From Phoronis australis (taxonomy: Eukaryota; Animalia; Phoronida), in contig NMRA01000011.1 in assembly GCA_002633005.1 (NCBI GenBank), positions 237,451 to 301,450 on the forward strand: a stretch of DNA of 64,000 bases. The letters are read 5' to 3'. The notes beneath the pieces were generated by a model that did no database searches, was not told the origin of the DNA, and saw only the letters and a list, made by a program, of their open reading frames with translations. The position numbers and the translations under genes were made by a program. Positions 25,419 to 38,340 of the stretch are shown here, piece after piece. Within the stretch, counting starts at the first letter, position 1, and each line of letters opens with the position of its first letter.

Positions 25419-26945
25419 AGATGCATGGAACGCAAAAACTCGTAAAAATACCTTTTAAACAGATCCTGACGAATTTACTTTTTGGGATGTTAAAGAGTTT
25501 CCACCATGACCCTGTGTCTCAAAAAAAATATTAATACGTATTAAGAGATTTAATATTAGTATACCTTTCGCTAAGAAACAAACCAAAAATACTTAAAATG
25601 TGTATTTTTTCGTTATCGGAGTTATACGTAATGGGTGGAAGACCGTCTCCGCCGTCGTTGTTTTTACCAGTGCGATACTGATGAGTTGTGAAGAAAGTCC
25701 GTGGAGAGCGGCCTTTCTCAAACATGAACAGTTACGTTTGTAGAGGCTGTAGTAACAGCAACTTTGACTGAGAACGTCTTTGTGTTCAAATTTCCTAAAT
25801 ACGGTTTGTGCGCTGCACGAGAGTGTGGCATGTCACTGTGGAACATGCGATTCAGTCGGGAGACGCACTTTGTTCGGCACATTACAAGGAATCGTGTTTC
25901 AGTCAAACAAAACAGCAGCGTTACGATGAAGGACTCGCCACCTTCTAAGCGCCGTATTTGCAAATTTTATAAATAACGAACAAACTACTTCCATTCTGGG
26001 GTGAGTGATGCAAGCCCCTCGACCACGGCCCAGATCGCATGCTACCACACGCCAGGTTTATGCGTTGTGTTTAGACCGTGCTCATTCCATCGTCGCACAT
26101 AGGCGGATTTAGGGGGGCCCAGGGCCGCCCTCCTAGCTCCCTCAAGCAAACTGAAAGAGCAACAGTGCGAAGCGTGAGTAAATATTGAGTTCAGGAATTC
26201 AGGAAGTAGAACCGGTAGCTTGCCTGAACAGAGGGTGCACCTCCACGGACCTGCGCACATGCAATTGCCAATCACACCTTGTCCAATTTCCTGGGGCAAC
26301 ATGTTGGCCCCCCCCCTTATGTTATCCTAGATCCGCCACTGAGGTAATTGTGATTATGAGTGACTCAGGTTTACTGTGGCCTTTGTCNATGTTGGCCCCC
26401 CCTTATGTTATCCTAGATCCGCCACTGTGGTAATTGTGATTATGAGTGACTCAGGTTTACTGTGGCCTTTGTCAGTGATTAAGTGTCTATTTTGTGAATA
26501 TTGACCACTCTTTGGCTCAGGGTGGCTGACATATGTCTGGAGCATTACTCGTGCAAGTGAGTCGTGTTCATTCGGCCTCAAAACCGACAAAAGTTTGCTA
26601 AGTGGGAAATCAAATTCATTGTTTGATTCTTCGAGTACTTGATTGTAGGTTCCGTATCCACTTTCCTCTCTATCTGCATAGTAATTGTCCAGTTGTCGCT
26701 CAAAATCGTCCTCGTCTTCTCATCTGCCGTGTTCCACCATTGCAATTCATTGTCAAGTGACCAAACGTGTTCCACTCATTACATCATTTGGCGGGCAACT
26801 TGGAAATAACTAATTTTTCTTCAAAATTAAAGAAATTTGTGACTATTCGGCATAAAAAGTACTTATTTAGTTTGATTTTATGGTATTCATTTCATATTAG
26901 CTAATTAGAACCTCAAAAACTAAGAAAATGCATGGTGGGATCTCT
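25419..26945 (+). mobile_element. Kolobok-like non-autonomous element with decayed THAP domain
   Basis: Bounded by TTAA|AGA... (25415-25421) and ...TCT|TTAA (26943-26949), with weak TIR identity. Frameshifted translation from 25723: MNSYVCRGCSNSN / TENVFVFKFPK...W / GDALCSAHYKESCF, which fits the THAP signature. Confidence 0.6.
26098..26341. mobile_element. CATAGGCGGATTTAG-type MITE nested in the Kolobok-like element
   Basis: Same termini as 8067-8738 (cataggcggatttagggggg ... tatcctagatccgccactg). No TSD recognised. Confidence 0.7.
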
Positions 26946-27133
26946 TTAAAGTGAAAGTTATTCATTTTGAATATTGGAAGAATTTCTAGAAAAATTGTCA
27001 GATTCACAATTTTTTTAACACAGACGAAATAAAAACTTCTTCATCCCAATACCTTTTTGAAATTCTCCGCCCTTAATAACATAATTAAAATTCTGGATGC
27101 TGCTTGAAATCGCCATTCTTTTGTTTTTCCCAA

Positions 27134-27408
27134 AGGTCAAAGGTCACATTCCCCATATAATGGAAATGTGTTACGTCTATACATGTATCTTGCCATACGA
27201 AATAAGGAGACTTGCTTTGCCGTGTGTGACAAAAATCAAAGAGGTGACGAGTGGTTGACAGACTGTTTTTTTTTTCTTGGAAGTTTAAACCTAAAGGAAA
27301 AATGCTTTAGCATCAACAGAAATTCAAAATTTTTACGAACAAACAGTAAAAACACCTTGTGAACAGCTTGGTTTTACTAGGTTCAGTGACAGAGGATCAC
27401 TTTGAATA
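27134..27408 (+). repeat. Dispersed ~270-bp repeat, copy 2
   Basis: Colinear similarity to 3142-3408. Confidence 0.8.
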
Positions 27409-27876
27409 ATGCAATATACGTCTGTATTTCACGTTCTACGCCTTTGTAAGTTTAAATTAAAATAACTCAATATCAAATTAAATCTAACAGTAATGTTTAT
27501 CTATGTGATGAACTTCATTTCCAGCAGTTAACCTCGCTTCATGCTCCGTGTCTTGGTGCACATACTTCTGTCTCGAATTTCTTGTTTTTACTTCGCATCT
27601 TTGTTTATTACCCATTTGTGTTTGTTTATGAATACATAATTCTGAACCGCCGTAGAAATGTTTACCGTCACAGGTGGTGTGCTGATCAGACTTGAAATGT
27701 TTGCGACTATGTTTGTGTCTTAACATTTTTTGTGGACCGGGGTTCGAAGTATTCAATAAACCAGAATAAATCAGCCATCTTTAGCATGACATTACACTTG
27801 TCCCTTACTTTTACTCACGTGATACCTATGTCCAGGCAGGAGGCGCATGCGCATGAATTTGGACGTGAGGGCAGCT

Positions 27877-28360
27877 CAGCTTCGTCCCCAAACCTGAAGA
27901 TGGCGCTGATCGGTTTAGCCATTGAGGCTTGGTTATGGAAAATGAATGCTGCACAATGATTGGCCGTTGCCTTGACGTCATTAAATGAAGGCTGATTTTA
28001 ATTATTTCCACGGTTGTTGTTGTTGCCATTCGTGAGGCAGAGGGCATGTTTGGTTATTGTTTGAAATCAAGGTTCTTGGCTTTTTTATTAATAGTATCAT
28101 AGAAATTAATCTATTTTCAAATCAAAATACATCATTTTTTTTAGACCTAATTTAGACCTAAATTGCTGCAGTTTACCGTTCATTTTCATTTTTATATTAT
28201 TCTGCAGAAAATTTCAAAGTTGATATAACTGTCTATTACCCGTGATATTCCCACGATTATCATAAAAATGTTTCAGAATTCTGACACATTTCATTTCCTA
28301 TAACCAAGCCTCAAATGGCTCAACCGATCAGCGCCACCTTGAGGCTTGGGGACGAGGCTG
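27877..28360. mobile_element. Inverted-repeat element with ~70-bp TIRs
   Basis: cagcttcgtccccaaacctgaagatggcgctgatcggtttagccattgaggcttggttatggaaaatgaatg pairs with cattt...taaccaagcctcaaatggctcaaccgatcagcgccaccttgaggcttggggacgaggctg. Confidence 0.8.
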
Positions 28361-29809
28361 GACCGCAGTTTCTCTTGTGAGCATGGTGGCTGCAATACGT
28401 ACGGTAATGAATGTATTCATAAATATAAGATGGCAATTTTTGACGACTAATCCATAGACCACTGGTCCACTACTGATAAATCAGTACATTTCCTCCTAAA
28501 CTTGTACGCATTTTAAATGATTAACAATGCCCTTCATGATCACAGTTCCTTTATGTGTGTTCCGCGTGTGCCGCGCTGTTATTCTCAACGTAAAGAACTT
28601 GTTTTGTGACGTCATCGGTGATATATTAGGTAACACGTGTCTTTTTGTTGACAATAATCCGAGAAACTAGAAAATAAAAATACTGTTGTTGATGCTTTTA
28701 CTTAAGTCCATTGGAAGGCATGCAAACCATAAAGCTTAAAACTTTTGTTTCCTAAGTAGATCTTCGGAGTTTTTTACGTTTTTAGAGATTCTTGGTAGAT
28801 AACCAAATCTTAAAATCGCATTATGAAGCAGAAAACATGTTATGACCCATAGGAGCGTGCTGAACAATTGCACTTCACACAGAAAATGTTGACGCCACTG
28901 TCGTCATCATTAAACATGTTAAAACAAGCCATAGCGCTAGGTTAATTGGATGTGTTTAATTTTTCGGGTTTCAACATTCGTAAGTCAATATGCATTATTG
29001 CCAGTTCTTTTACTTATGTCAATTTGGGTTTTCTCAAGGAGTTTTTGTGCTTCCAGCGAAATGCAGCCACTTGACATGGAGGCATTTTAGCAGAAAATTA
29101 CGTCCGTTTTCGTTAGGTGGCAACAGGAGGCGCCATGATACATTCAAAGGAAAAATATCGGTGGTTTGCACAATTAGTCTCAATATCATATGTTACTGCT
29201 TCTCAGGTGTCATATGAAAGAAATATAAAAGGGTCAGTGAAGTCCTAAGAAATTAATGTTTTTTCCAAATAAACCCCGTAAGAGCGACTATGTTTTCAGA
29301 CATTTTTCTGCGCGCGTATGTTGAATAGGCTTAGCCACATAAGTCAATACACTTAAGTGGTGAATAACGGAAAGGAGTTGATAGAGTTATTACCGAAAGT
29401 CCTAATGTTTTTGTCAATCGGTAGTTGTTACAGTATCGTGGTAGTCGTTAAGTGGGAATTTTCGACCGTCTCACTCTATATCACAGGTTTGGTTTTGTGC
29501 TAGTTTCACTAGTTACTTTTCTACTGCATTTTCTGCAAAAGCAAGTGTACGTACATTATATTTATCTCGCCACTGTAATTACCGTATAAAACCAAGGAAC
29601 GCTTATATACAATGTAACTTGACCTGCGAGTGTGCAACTAAGTGTAATTTCATACGTGATTCTCTAAAACCTTAACTGTCAATTGCTGCCAATTACAAAA
29701 CTGCAATTGTAATCATTACTATATGCGCTGACACCATCGAACAGGAATGCTTAATTAGCACTCGCGGTACGTGGAAACTTCTGTATGCACTGATCAAAAT
29801 TATATTCGC

Positions 29810-30161
29810 GGGGGATCAACAATTGGTCGGACTTCAAAACCACTTGCCCGAACTTCAAAACCAGTCGGCTGGACTGCAAAACCTAATGAACGGTGATTAA
29901 AACAAGTTGTTCGTACTTTAAAACGGAGTGGCCTTACCCAAAAAACTAGTTGACAGGCAATTTGTTCGGCCTTTGTGTTTGAGAACCGGTCAACCCGTTT
30001 TACTAGGTACGGCCAATCAGATTTTTGGGTGCAACCATCTCGTTTTGAGGTCCAACCACAGAGTTGGAACACCGGCCATTGGGTTTTAAACTGAATCCAG
30101 CCAGCTTGTTTTGAAGTACTGGCAAGTGGTTTATAAGTCCAACCAATTGTTGACCCTCCCC
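29810..30161. mobile_element. MITE with ~65-bp imperfect TIRs; extra left-arm copy at 30516-30592
   Basis: gggggatcaacaattggtcggacttcaaaaccacttgcc... versus ...ggcaagtggtttataagtccaaccaattgttgaccctcccc. The left arm is repeated at 30516-30592. Confidence 0.8.
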
Positions 30162-30744
30162 TTGAATTTGGTTTGTAAACGTAGAGCGCTGCGCCGCGTC
30201 CTTTCAATCTGACCTTCATAGACCTAAATTGTTAGATGTATTTGGCTCGTAGCCACCACAATCTGCTGTAGTGCCTCGATGATTATGCAAAATTTATTGA
30301 AGAGGTTTGGGCCAACTTCCTTGGAGATCTCTGCCCACTTCGCTAAATGGGGGCTCGTTCGAGCCTCAGAGCACCAGAGCCCGCTCCCTGGGTGCGCGCA
30401 TGATGGTTTGACATGTTGTTTTGCCGTTGATAAATGATCTCACCACCGTCTCGTAAGCGTTCGGCTGTGAGGTATAATTTTGACCCGTCGGGTTCGCGCT
30501 CGCTTACATTGACTGCGGAGGGATCAACAATTGTTCGGACTTCAAAACCACTTGCCCGAACGCCAAAACCAGTCGGCTGGACTGCAAAACCTGAAAATGT
30601 CAAAAGATTAAAATGCCTCCTACATTTTTTTAGCCACCGTTACTCCTAAAAATGTTTTTCAGTATTTTTACGATCCTGGGAAGTGTTAGCAGTACTATTT
30701 ATTTTTTGACCTGATCACAAATTTTGTCTTGCATTGTGCTGCTG

Positions 30745-30775
30745 TAATTTGCTAAGCTCTTTAATGTCGTTTCAG
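30745..30775 (+). promoter_or_regulatory. Probable 3' splice acceptor upstream of the GPCR coding exon
   Basis: tttgctaagctctttaatgtcgtttcAG ends at 30775, 49 nt before the ATG. This suggests an upstream 5'UTR exon. Confidence 0.5.
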
Positions 30776-30824
30776 GTAAATATCGAATGGTTGGGTGATA
30801 GGCCCAGCGAAATTATCTGGCAGC

Positions 30825-31979
30825 ATGGGTGAAACGATGATGAATCAGTCAGAAATGGAATGTTCAAACATCAGCCTTGAGACTGACGAACTCACCAAGG
30901 AAGTGGAAAGAATTGTACCTATCGTTGTCCCTACAATATTCGCGTTTATCGCTTTATTGGGATTCGTGGGTAATTTGCTGGTGATCATCGTTGTCCTGTC
31001 GAATAAGCAGATGCGAAATACGACCAACGTGTTAATCACAAACTTGGCTTTCGCCGATTTATTCGTCATTATCATATGCGTGCCCTTTACTGCTGTAAGG
31101 TATTCTGTGTTCGTCTGGCCGTTCGGCATCACGTGGTGCAAAATTGTTAATTTTGTGATGTACTGCAGCGCGTGGGGCAGCGTCTACACGTTAGTGCTTA
31201 TGTCCCTTGATCGCTACCTCGCAGTTGTTCACGCTATCAAATCGCTACGATTTCGCACAACTAGAAATGCTATTCTATGCATTGCAGTCACGTGGCTTGT
31301 GATATTCGCCGTCAACATACCATCATTAATTTTCTACAATATCGACTCATATCCCGAGAGAAACGGCCAAGGAGAATGTGAAATAAGACGGGTGTGCTTT
31401 CTTAGCCCCTATCCGATACGTGACCGCAAACTGCGCACGCAGCTGTTCTACACGTGTTTTCTGGTGTTCGGATATATGCTTCCTTTATCTCTCGTCTGCG
31501 TTCTCTACGGGTTCATGCTGCGTCGTCTACTGTTCAAAGCGGCACCTGGAGGTTCACAGTCGGTTGAAACTTTGCGTTCTAAAAAGAGAGTAACTCGACT
31601 GGTTGTCATCGTTGTTTGCATCTTTGCCGTGTGCTGGCTCCCTATACATGTCGTATTGATGTTGAGCTCACACAGGAGGGTAGAGACGTCTCCGGCATTC
31701 ATCGCTTTGATGTTGGGAGCCAACGTCTTCGCTTGGTTGAACTCTTGCGTGAACCCCATTCTGTATGCATTTCTGTCGGAAAATTTCAGGCGTGGATTCA
31801 AAAAGATTCTAAGCTGCGGTCGCTTTAAACCCGCTAAGATGGACATTGAGCGAACATATGTGCAGCGCAATATACAGGAGAGGGACAACGAGAACAACGA
31901 AAACGGTAAACTGGTGACCACGACCTTATTGGTTGGAAATGACTGGGACAACGAAAACGCCCATGTGACGGTTCTATGA
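30825..31979 (+). CDS. AstA-R: Allatostatin-A receptor-like (galanin/kisspeptin receptor family) class A GPCR, 384 aa, single coding exon
   Basis: Seven hydrophobic segments with GNLLV, NLAFAD, WPFG-WC, DRY, CWLP and NPILY motifs. Family-typical ERIVPIVVPxxF, QMRNTTN, CVPFTA, SVYTLVLMSLDRYLAVVH, SKKRVTRLV and YAFLSENFR. ATG at 30825 in a good Kozak context (agcATGG). Confidence 0.93.
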   Translation: MGETMMNQSEMECSNISLETDELTKEVERIVPIVVPTIFAFIALLGFVGNLLVIIVVLSNKQMRNTTNVLITNLAFADLFVIIICVPFTAVRYSVFVWPFGITWCKIVNFVMYCSAWGSVYTLVLMSLDRYLAVVHAIKSLRFRTTRNAILCIAVTWLVIFAVNIPSLIFYNIDSYPERNGQGECEIRRVCFLSPYPIRDRKLRTQLFYTCFLVFGYMLPLSLVCVLYGFMLRRLLFKAAPGGSQSVETLRSKKRVTRLVVIVVCIFAVCWLPIHVVLMLSSHRRVETSPAFIALMLGANVFAWLNSCVNPILYAFLSENFRRGFKKILSCGRFKPAKMDIERTYVQRNIQERDNENNENGKLVTTTLLVGNDWDNENAHVTVL

Positions 31980-34900
31980 CACGTTTGTCAACTGATACAA
32001 TTTACTGTTGCCTATGTACATAAAAGAACTATTATGTTTCGGTAACTATACGTGCAAAGCAGCAACCCTCTATTAGCATTGTCGCGTTTTGATCCGAAAA
32101 TGTGATAGACGTTCCTCATTTTGTTTCACTGTTTAAAGTTAGACGTACGTGAATGTTAAATAAACGTTCTGTTGTTAACTGCCGTGTCTGAAAGCCTTGA
32201 GTATTGTGGCCATCTTAGCCGGAGTTTCGTTCTCAGTCAATCAGCTTGAGTACACTCATGTCGAAGATACAGAGAGGCGTACCTTAAAAATGTCTCGGCG
32301 GCCGGGACGAAAGGTAGCCGTGCCTCGTCGCAAGGGTTCGATTACTACCATTTAAGACAACTAACGTATTTGTTAACCGGTTGAAAGTTGTGATTTAGAT
32401 TAACTGTTGAGACCGTTCAGGTATTAAGAGCCATTCCAGGAGAAAATCAAAAAAATCAAGAAATCACTCTAAGGATCAAATTTTGGATTCACTTAATTTT
32501 GTGATACAAAAATCATCAATGTTGCACTGATTTTTTAATTTTTTACCTATACACGTAGACCTTCAAAAGTTCAACAAGACTATGGCACGTTTTGGCATAG
32601 CGAAAAAAGCAATTTCCCAATATCAAAAACAGGTAGACCGCATCCACTGAGAGAAAAAATACACATGTATTGGGATTAGGAAGTTATACATAAGGACTCC
32701 CAAATAAAATTGATACACATACTTTCGCTGCATCCATCAAGTAACAGGGGAGATAAATCCGGAAGCACTGTTTTGTAATGTTGAAAGTGGGTGTCTACAA
32801 TCCAGTTTGCGGGGGTGTGGATATTGAAAGATATGCTTATGGATATTGAAAGATATGCTTATGGATAGACATTTGATGCGTGAGCAATGGGCTTTCTTCA
32901 TTTTTTGTTCTAAAAATGGCCCAATATTGCGTATTCTGCACCCTTTTAAACGGAGGTTTTTTGTAACTCCATTTTCATTTTGAAAAATGATTTCAAGCAG
33001 ACAGAATTAATGAAGATAAACATTTTACAGACCATAATGCTGTCTGACAGATCCATATACCAGTTCAACCATTGGACTTCTTCTGAAATAAGGGTTCGAC
33101 ACTACATGTATATAAAGTGGGAGAACCGAAAAAGGTTTTTTCGCTTTGAATAAAAAAGCCTTTATCACAAGAAACGCATCGTTGTCTGAATACAAAAATC
33201 GCTCAGTGCATTCGAAACTGTTGCTATTTTTGTGTCTAAATTTAACTCACTTTTTTATTGGGTCGGCCATCTCGGACGACAGCGGCATAGGTTACGAGTT
33301 GAACGGTGTTTATAAATTATTTTCATCAAAATTCTACAATAAAATTTAGTGACACATATTCTTACCTACAATTCTGTACAATTCACGAGTTTTTACTATG
33401 ACTGATCACACAGATGTTACTTATTGATGCTGAAAATGCTCAAAGTCGCATTTCCGGCGGCACCGGCAACGTGGCGACTTTTGCTGAACTGAAAGGCATG
33501 TTCAACCGGCTACATTGGCGTTGGTGAAGAATTATCTAGGATGCATTTGTAGAGTGGTTGATACAAACAAGCAGCTTTGTACAGTGTTCTGGTGTTTGTG
33601 CTAAACCTATAAGGATTATTTTATTTATTTTAATGTGAAGTGCACATTAAATAGCTCGTACGAAGCGCTAGAAAATTAATTGAATTTTTTAAATCGTTTT
33701 TGGTTTGAAACTCATCTTCTCTTCAAGATACGACTATGTGTCACGACATGACACATATTTTTCTAAATAATATTTTATGCATAAACTATGTTTCACAACA
33801 TGTTACTTTCTACTTCAGGTCACGTCAAAGTAATAAAATGTGAAGAAGCCTAATTGATCTAAAGAAATAAGCTATATTTGGAAGTGTGAAGCTTTTCTCA
33901 AAGTTTTATTCTTATATCTTTCATACTTTTTTATTATCATGCTTGTCAAATTCAGATTTAACTTGCAAATGTAATCCTCAACTACCTTCATTGTTTGAAA
34001 CTCATGTGTCCACTATTTTAAGAGATGACATTTTTACCTGAATGGGAGTGTGACAACAGGTGACAAAATCAATTTTGGAAGAATTAAAAAGCAATTAACA
34101 TCCTGTAGAAATAAAAAGACTTTGACCATTTCGTTTTACCATGAAAACATATTTGAAAAAAATGAAGCCACTTGATGAGCTTTACGAGATTCAGCTGCAC
34201 ACTGCCCGTAGTTAAAGTCTATAAAATATTCAATGGTGTGTCCTTTTCATAAACTGTTGCTTGGAAACAAACAAAAACCTCCCGTGTATTGGCAGTTACT
34301 GTAATTTCGTGATGTGAAATTTCCCATTGAAAGCTGGTTTGTGAGACTGTTTCGGGTGATGGAAGTGTGCATTCAGACCACCTCGGGTATTTGCGTAGCT
34401 TCAAGTTATGCCTTGGAGGTGTTTCATATCAGCGCATCTGTCGTGTACCCTCAAAATGGAAAACTCCGTCGACTGTGCCAGGATGTCTCTGTGATAACAG
34501 GCTAATAAAAGGTAACAGTGACGTCTGGGATCTGCTTTATGAAAATGACTTTTATGTAAGACCTTATCGACTTGTCGGTGTATTTAGCAAACAGCTGCAA
34601 AACTATTGATTTTAATTCACTATAGTGTAGTATGTATTTTCTGAATATAAAGTCTGTCGAATTTGATTTTTGACTTTATACAAATATGCTGTGACTCTGT
34701 CATTTTAGTAAACTTAAGCAAAAAGGAACGTACATCCGTAGCGAAACAACAGTATCAATAATATTCTCCAATGTAGTCCGTTACAAATATCCATGATGAA
34801 TTCTCAAAAACGCTACTGCAGTTTTCTAAATTGTCATTTCGATTTCATTTTATGCAACTGTTGATTTTTTTCATAAAATCTTGTTTTACATCCCCTCGTG

Positions 34901-35861
34901 CAAAAATGGAACAAATCCCAGCAGCGTGTTGGCGAACATTAGTGCTGAAAGTTTCATTTGAATCCAATCAGCCATTTCGATATGATGTTCCTCAGTCTGC
35001 ATAGGTCGCAAGCTCGTCGCATAGATATCGATAGATAGGCGTATCCATTGTTCACTTTGTTTTTTTCGTCCTTATAACAAAGATAATGACAAGCATTTAT
35101 CGGTAACGGGCTGTGTGCGGCTAAAGTACGATATCCATGCGACCTATATTGTTATGTCCAACAAATTTAAAGACGCAACAAAGGAAAACAATGGAAGTGT
35201 CTCATAAGTGATAACCATGCGACGCGCTTACGCTCGTCGCATGGATCTCGCAAATTAAACAATTCCTTGCGACCTCCATACGATGTCATTTGGCATGGGT
35301 TGGCAAGTTTTCGAGGTTCCTACATAACCAAAAGACAAAAACTTGGTCTCACGACCCCACTTAAAAATCACTGAGAAACTTTTATCCAAGTAAGCACGAC
35401 GCATCAAAGTCTAGAAATAATTTACAGAAATTATCTCAGAAACTAGGAGTTGCGTGTGTATTTTCAGAGACTTTGGACTTATGCACAAGTGAGGTTTAAT
35501 TATTTTTCAGAAATAGTTGTGTGGAGAGTAAGACAATATTTCCGACGTAAGTCTTAAGTCACTTTTCATAAAACAGAACCCATTATTTAATAGGGAGTGA
35601 CGTCGCGTACGACTGAGACCTTCTAGGTAGAAAGCTTTAACCCATCCTTGACGAAACCTCTTTCCCTGAGGATTGTAGCATAGTTCCAATGAAATCTGTG
35701 CATGCGCTCATGTGGAACACATCCAAGGGACAATGTTAGACTATAAAAATACGTGGTGCTCCAGCTGCATATGTGCACAAAACTCAATTCAAGTGCATTA
35801 CGAACTACTATCACATCAAATACCGTCATGTCGCCCCGGGGCCTATATTTGGAGTTGTCTC

Positions 35862-38340
35862 GTCCATCTGTTTTGAGCAGTAAGACATCTGTCCGTGATA
35901 ACAGATGCGTGTCCAGTGTTAGCTAATCGAATTACGTGATGGAATGTAATAAAAGCGAGTGTGAGACTTGAGGTTAAGGCAAGCAAATCAATTGATTAAT
36001 TTTTCGTTGAAATTGACGTTCACGTACCGTCCTGTAACTTTGCATCGCACATTTTGCACACTCCAATATCCCCGTCAACTGAATAAGCCAGTTCAGGTCC
36101 GTTTTGGGGGAAAGGTTTGATAAGTCTGCTCCAGACGTACGAAGAACTAATCCCCTGAACATCGATATATGAACGTTTTAACATAAATTCAAATGCTTAA
36201 ACGTGTGCCAGGGATTTGCGAAAGAGTCCTACCAATATAAAGGGATCGTTTTGCATGCCTGGCATGGGACAAATGTATATCGAAAATGTGCCAATATGTC
36301 ATTGTTTGTTAAAAGGACCATTAAAATAGTTCAAGGTCAACGGAGGCATTATTGAATTGCTCTTATTTGAGACAAACTACCGATAAAGTGAAATATGGCT
36401 CAGTATTTCAAGTCTATGAACGGTGTTTCTTTGACCCCCGTGTCAATACACCGTTCCACCTTTGACCAAAAACTTCGAAAACACGGGGGCTGGCACATGA
36501 CCAAACGCTTTTGCATTTTCTACACTTTTTATTGCGAATCAATAAAAAGTTTTCTGATTCCGATTCGCATTTTGGTGCTTACAGCTTTTTTAACACCCAC
36601 TGCTGAATTAGGGCACTGTGGCCGACTATATAAGTTTCCGAGGGAGTTTCACAACGTTTTTTTTTTCTGAAAGACCCCTTAGAGGCTTTTCGTTGCCGTA
36701 AAATTCCTTTTGAAAAAATAGCGTCTCCGAATGAACACCGGAAGTCCCCGCTAGGCAAGTATTTCAGACCTCTTACACAGCACCATCTTGAGGAGTGCTA
36801 CTGCAATATTGGTGTCTCCGGGCGCCAATTCAAGCACCTCAGTGTCGGTCTGTGAGACGGAAAAAAGATACAACGTAGGCTCGTTATCGGTCTCCTCTAG
36901 CCTTGGTGCAAACCTGTACAGTCAAGTGACCTAATTATCGGACGTTTTGGCACATTTTGCATTATATTTAATTGAAAATACTACGGATTGTTGTAAATTC
37001 TTTGCTGAAATAAAGATTTACCTTCACGGAATTGTTCTGTTACTATATCTTGTCACTGAAAGCCACATTTATGTTCCGACTGATCTTCAAAAAACACAAT
37101 AACCAAACCTTCGGAGAACCTAAATATCGGACACCATGTTTCTCCATACGCCACACCGCGGAAAANGTCCATCTGTTTTGAGCAGTAAGACATCTGTCCG
37201 TGATAACAGATGCGTGTCTAGTGTTAGCTAATCGAATTACGTGATGGAATGTAATAAAAGCGAGTGTGAGACTTGAGGTTAAGGCAAGCAAATCAATTGA
37301 TTAATTTTTCGTTGAAATTGACGTTCACGTACCGTCTTGTAACTTTGCATCGTACATTTTGCACACTCCAATATCCCCGTCAACTGAATAAGCCAGTTCA
37401 AGTCCGTTTTGGGGGAAAGGTTTGATAACTCTGCTCCAGACGTACGTAGAACTGGTCCCCTGGACATCAATATATGAACGTTTTAACATAAATTCAAATG
37501 CTTAAACGTGTGCCAGAGATTTGCGAAAGAGTCCTACCAATATAAAGGTATCCTTTTGGCATGCCTAGCATGGGACAAATGTATATCGAAAATGTGCCAA
37601 TATGTCATTATTTCCTGAAAAGGCCATTAAAGTAGTTCAAGGTCAACGGAAGCATCATTGAATTGCTCTTATTGGAGACAAACTACCGACAAAGTGATAT
37701 ATGGCTCAGTATTTCAAGTCTATGAACGGTGTTTCTTTGACTCCCCGTGTCAGTAAAGGCTGCACCGTTCCACCTTTGACCAAAAACTTCGAAAACACGG
37801 GGGCTGGCACATGACCAAACGCTTTTGCATTTTCCACGATTTTTATTGCGAATCAATAAAAAATTTTCTGATTTCGATTCACATTTTGGTGCTTACAGCT
37901 TTTTTAACGCCCACTGCTGAATTAGGGCACTGTGGTCGGCTATATAAGTTTCAGAGAGAGTTTCACAACGTTTTTTCCTGAAAGACCCCTTGAAGGCTTT
38001 TTGTTGCTGTAAAATTCCTTTTGAAAATATAGTGTCTCCGAATGAGCACCGGAAGTCCCCGCAAGGCAAGTATTGCAGACCTCTTACACAGCACCATCTT
38101 GAGGAGTGCTACTGCAATATTGGTGTCTCCGGGCGCCAACTTAAGCACCTCAGTGTCGGTCTTTGAGAGAAAAAAGATACAACATAGGCTCGTTATCGGT
38201 CTGTGGGCTAAAATGCCACGTTACGTGGTGTACGGGTGCAGCACTGTAAGCGGCAATAGAATAGATTTGTGTCCACGATAAGAACTGGCGACAAAATTCC
38301 CGATTATCAAGATCTGTTCTAGCCTTGGTGCAAACCTGTA
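35862..38340 (+). repeat. ~1.1-kb tandem duplication joined at a single N (37166)
   Basis: 35862-36919 matches 37167-38340 with scattered substitutions. The first copy lacks ~120 bp and is followed by a TA|CAGTCAAG (Tc1/pogo-like) start. Confidence 0.85.

Noticed and set aside
29800-30219. 139-aa minus-strand ORF
   Set aside because: It lies across a MITE with internal short repeats and has no domain similarity.
30795-30824. ORF-track start of the GPCR at GTG 30795
   Set aside because: This is a eukaryotic gene, and the first in-frame ATG with a good Kozak context is at 30825.
30845-31951. Antisense and alternate-frame ORFs over the GPCR (and 42479-42979 over PKD1L)
   Set aside because: They are shadow ORFs of real coding exons with no recognisable motifs.
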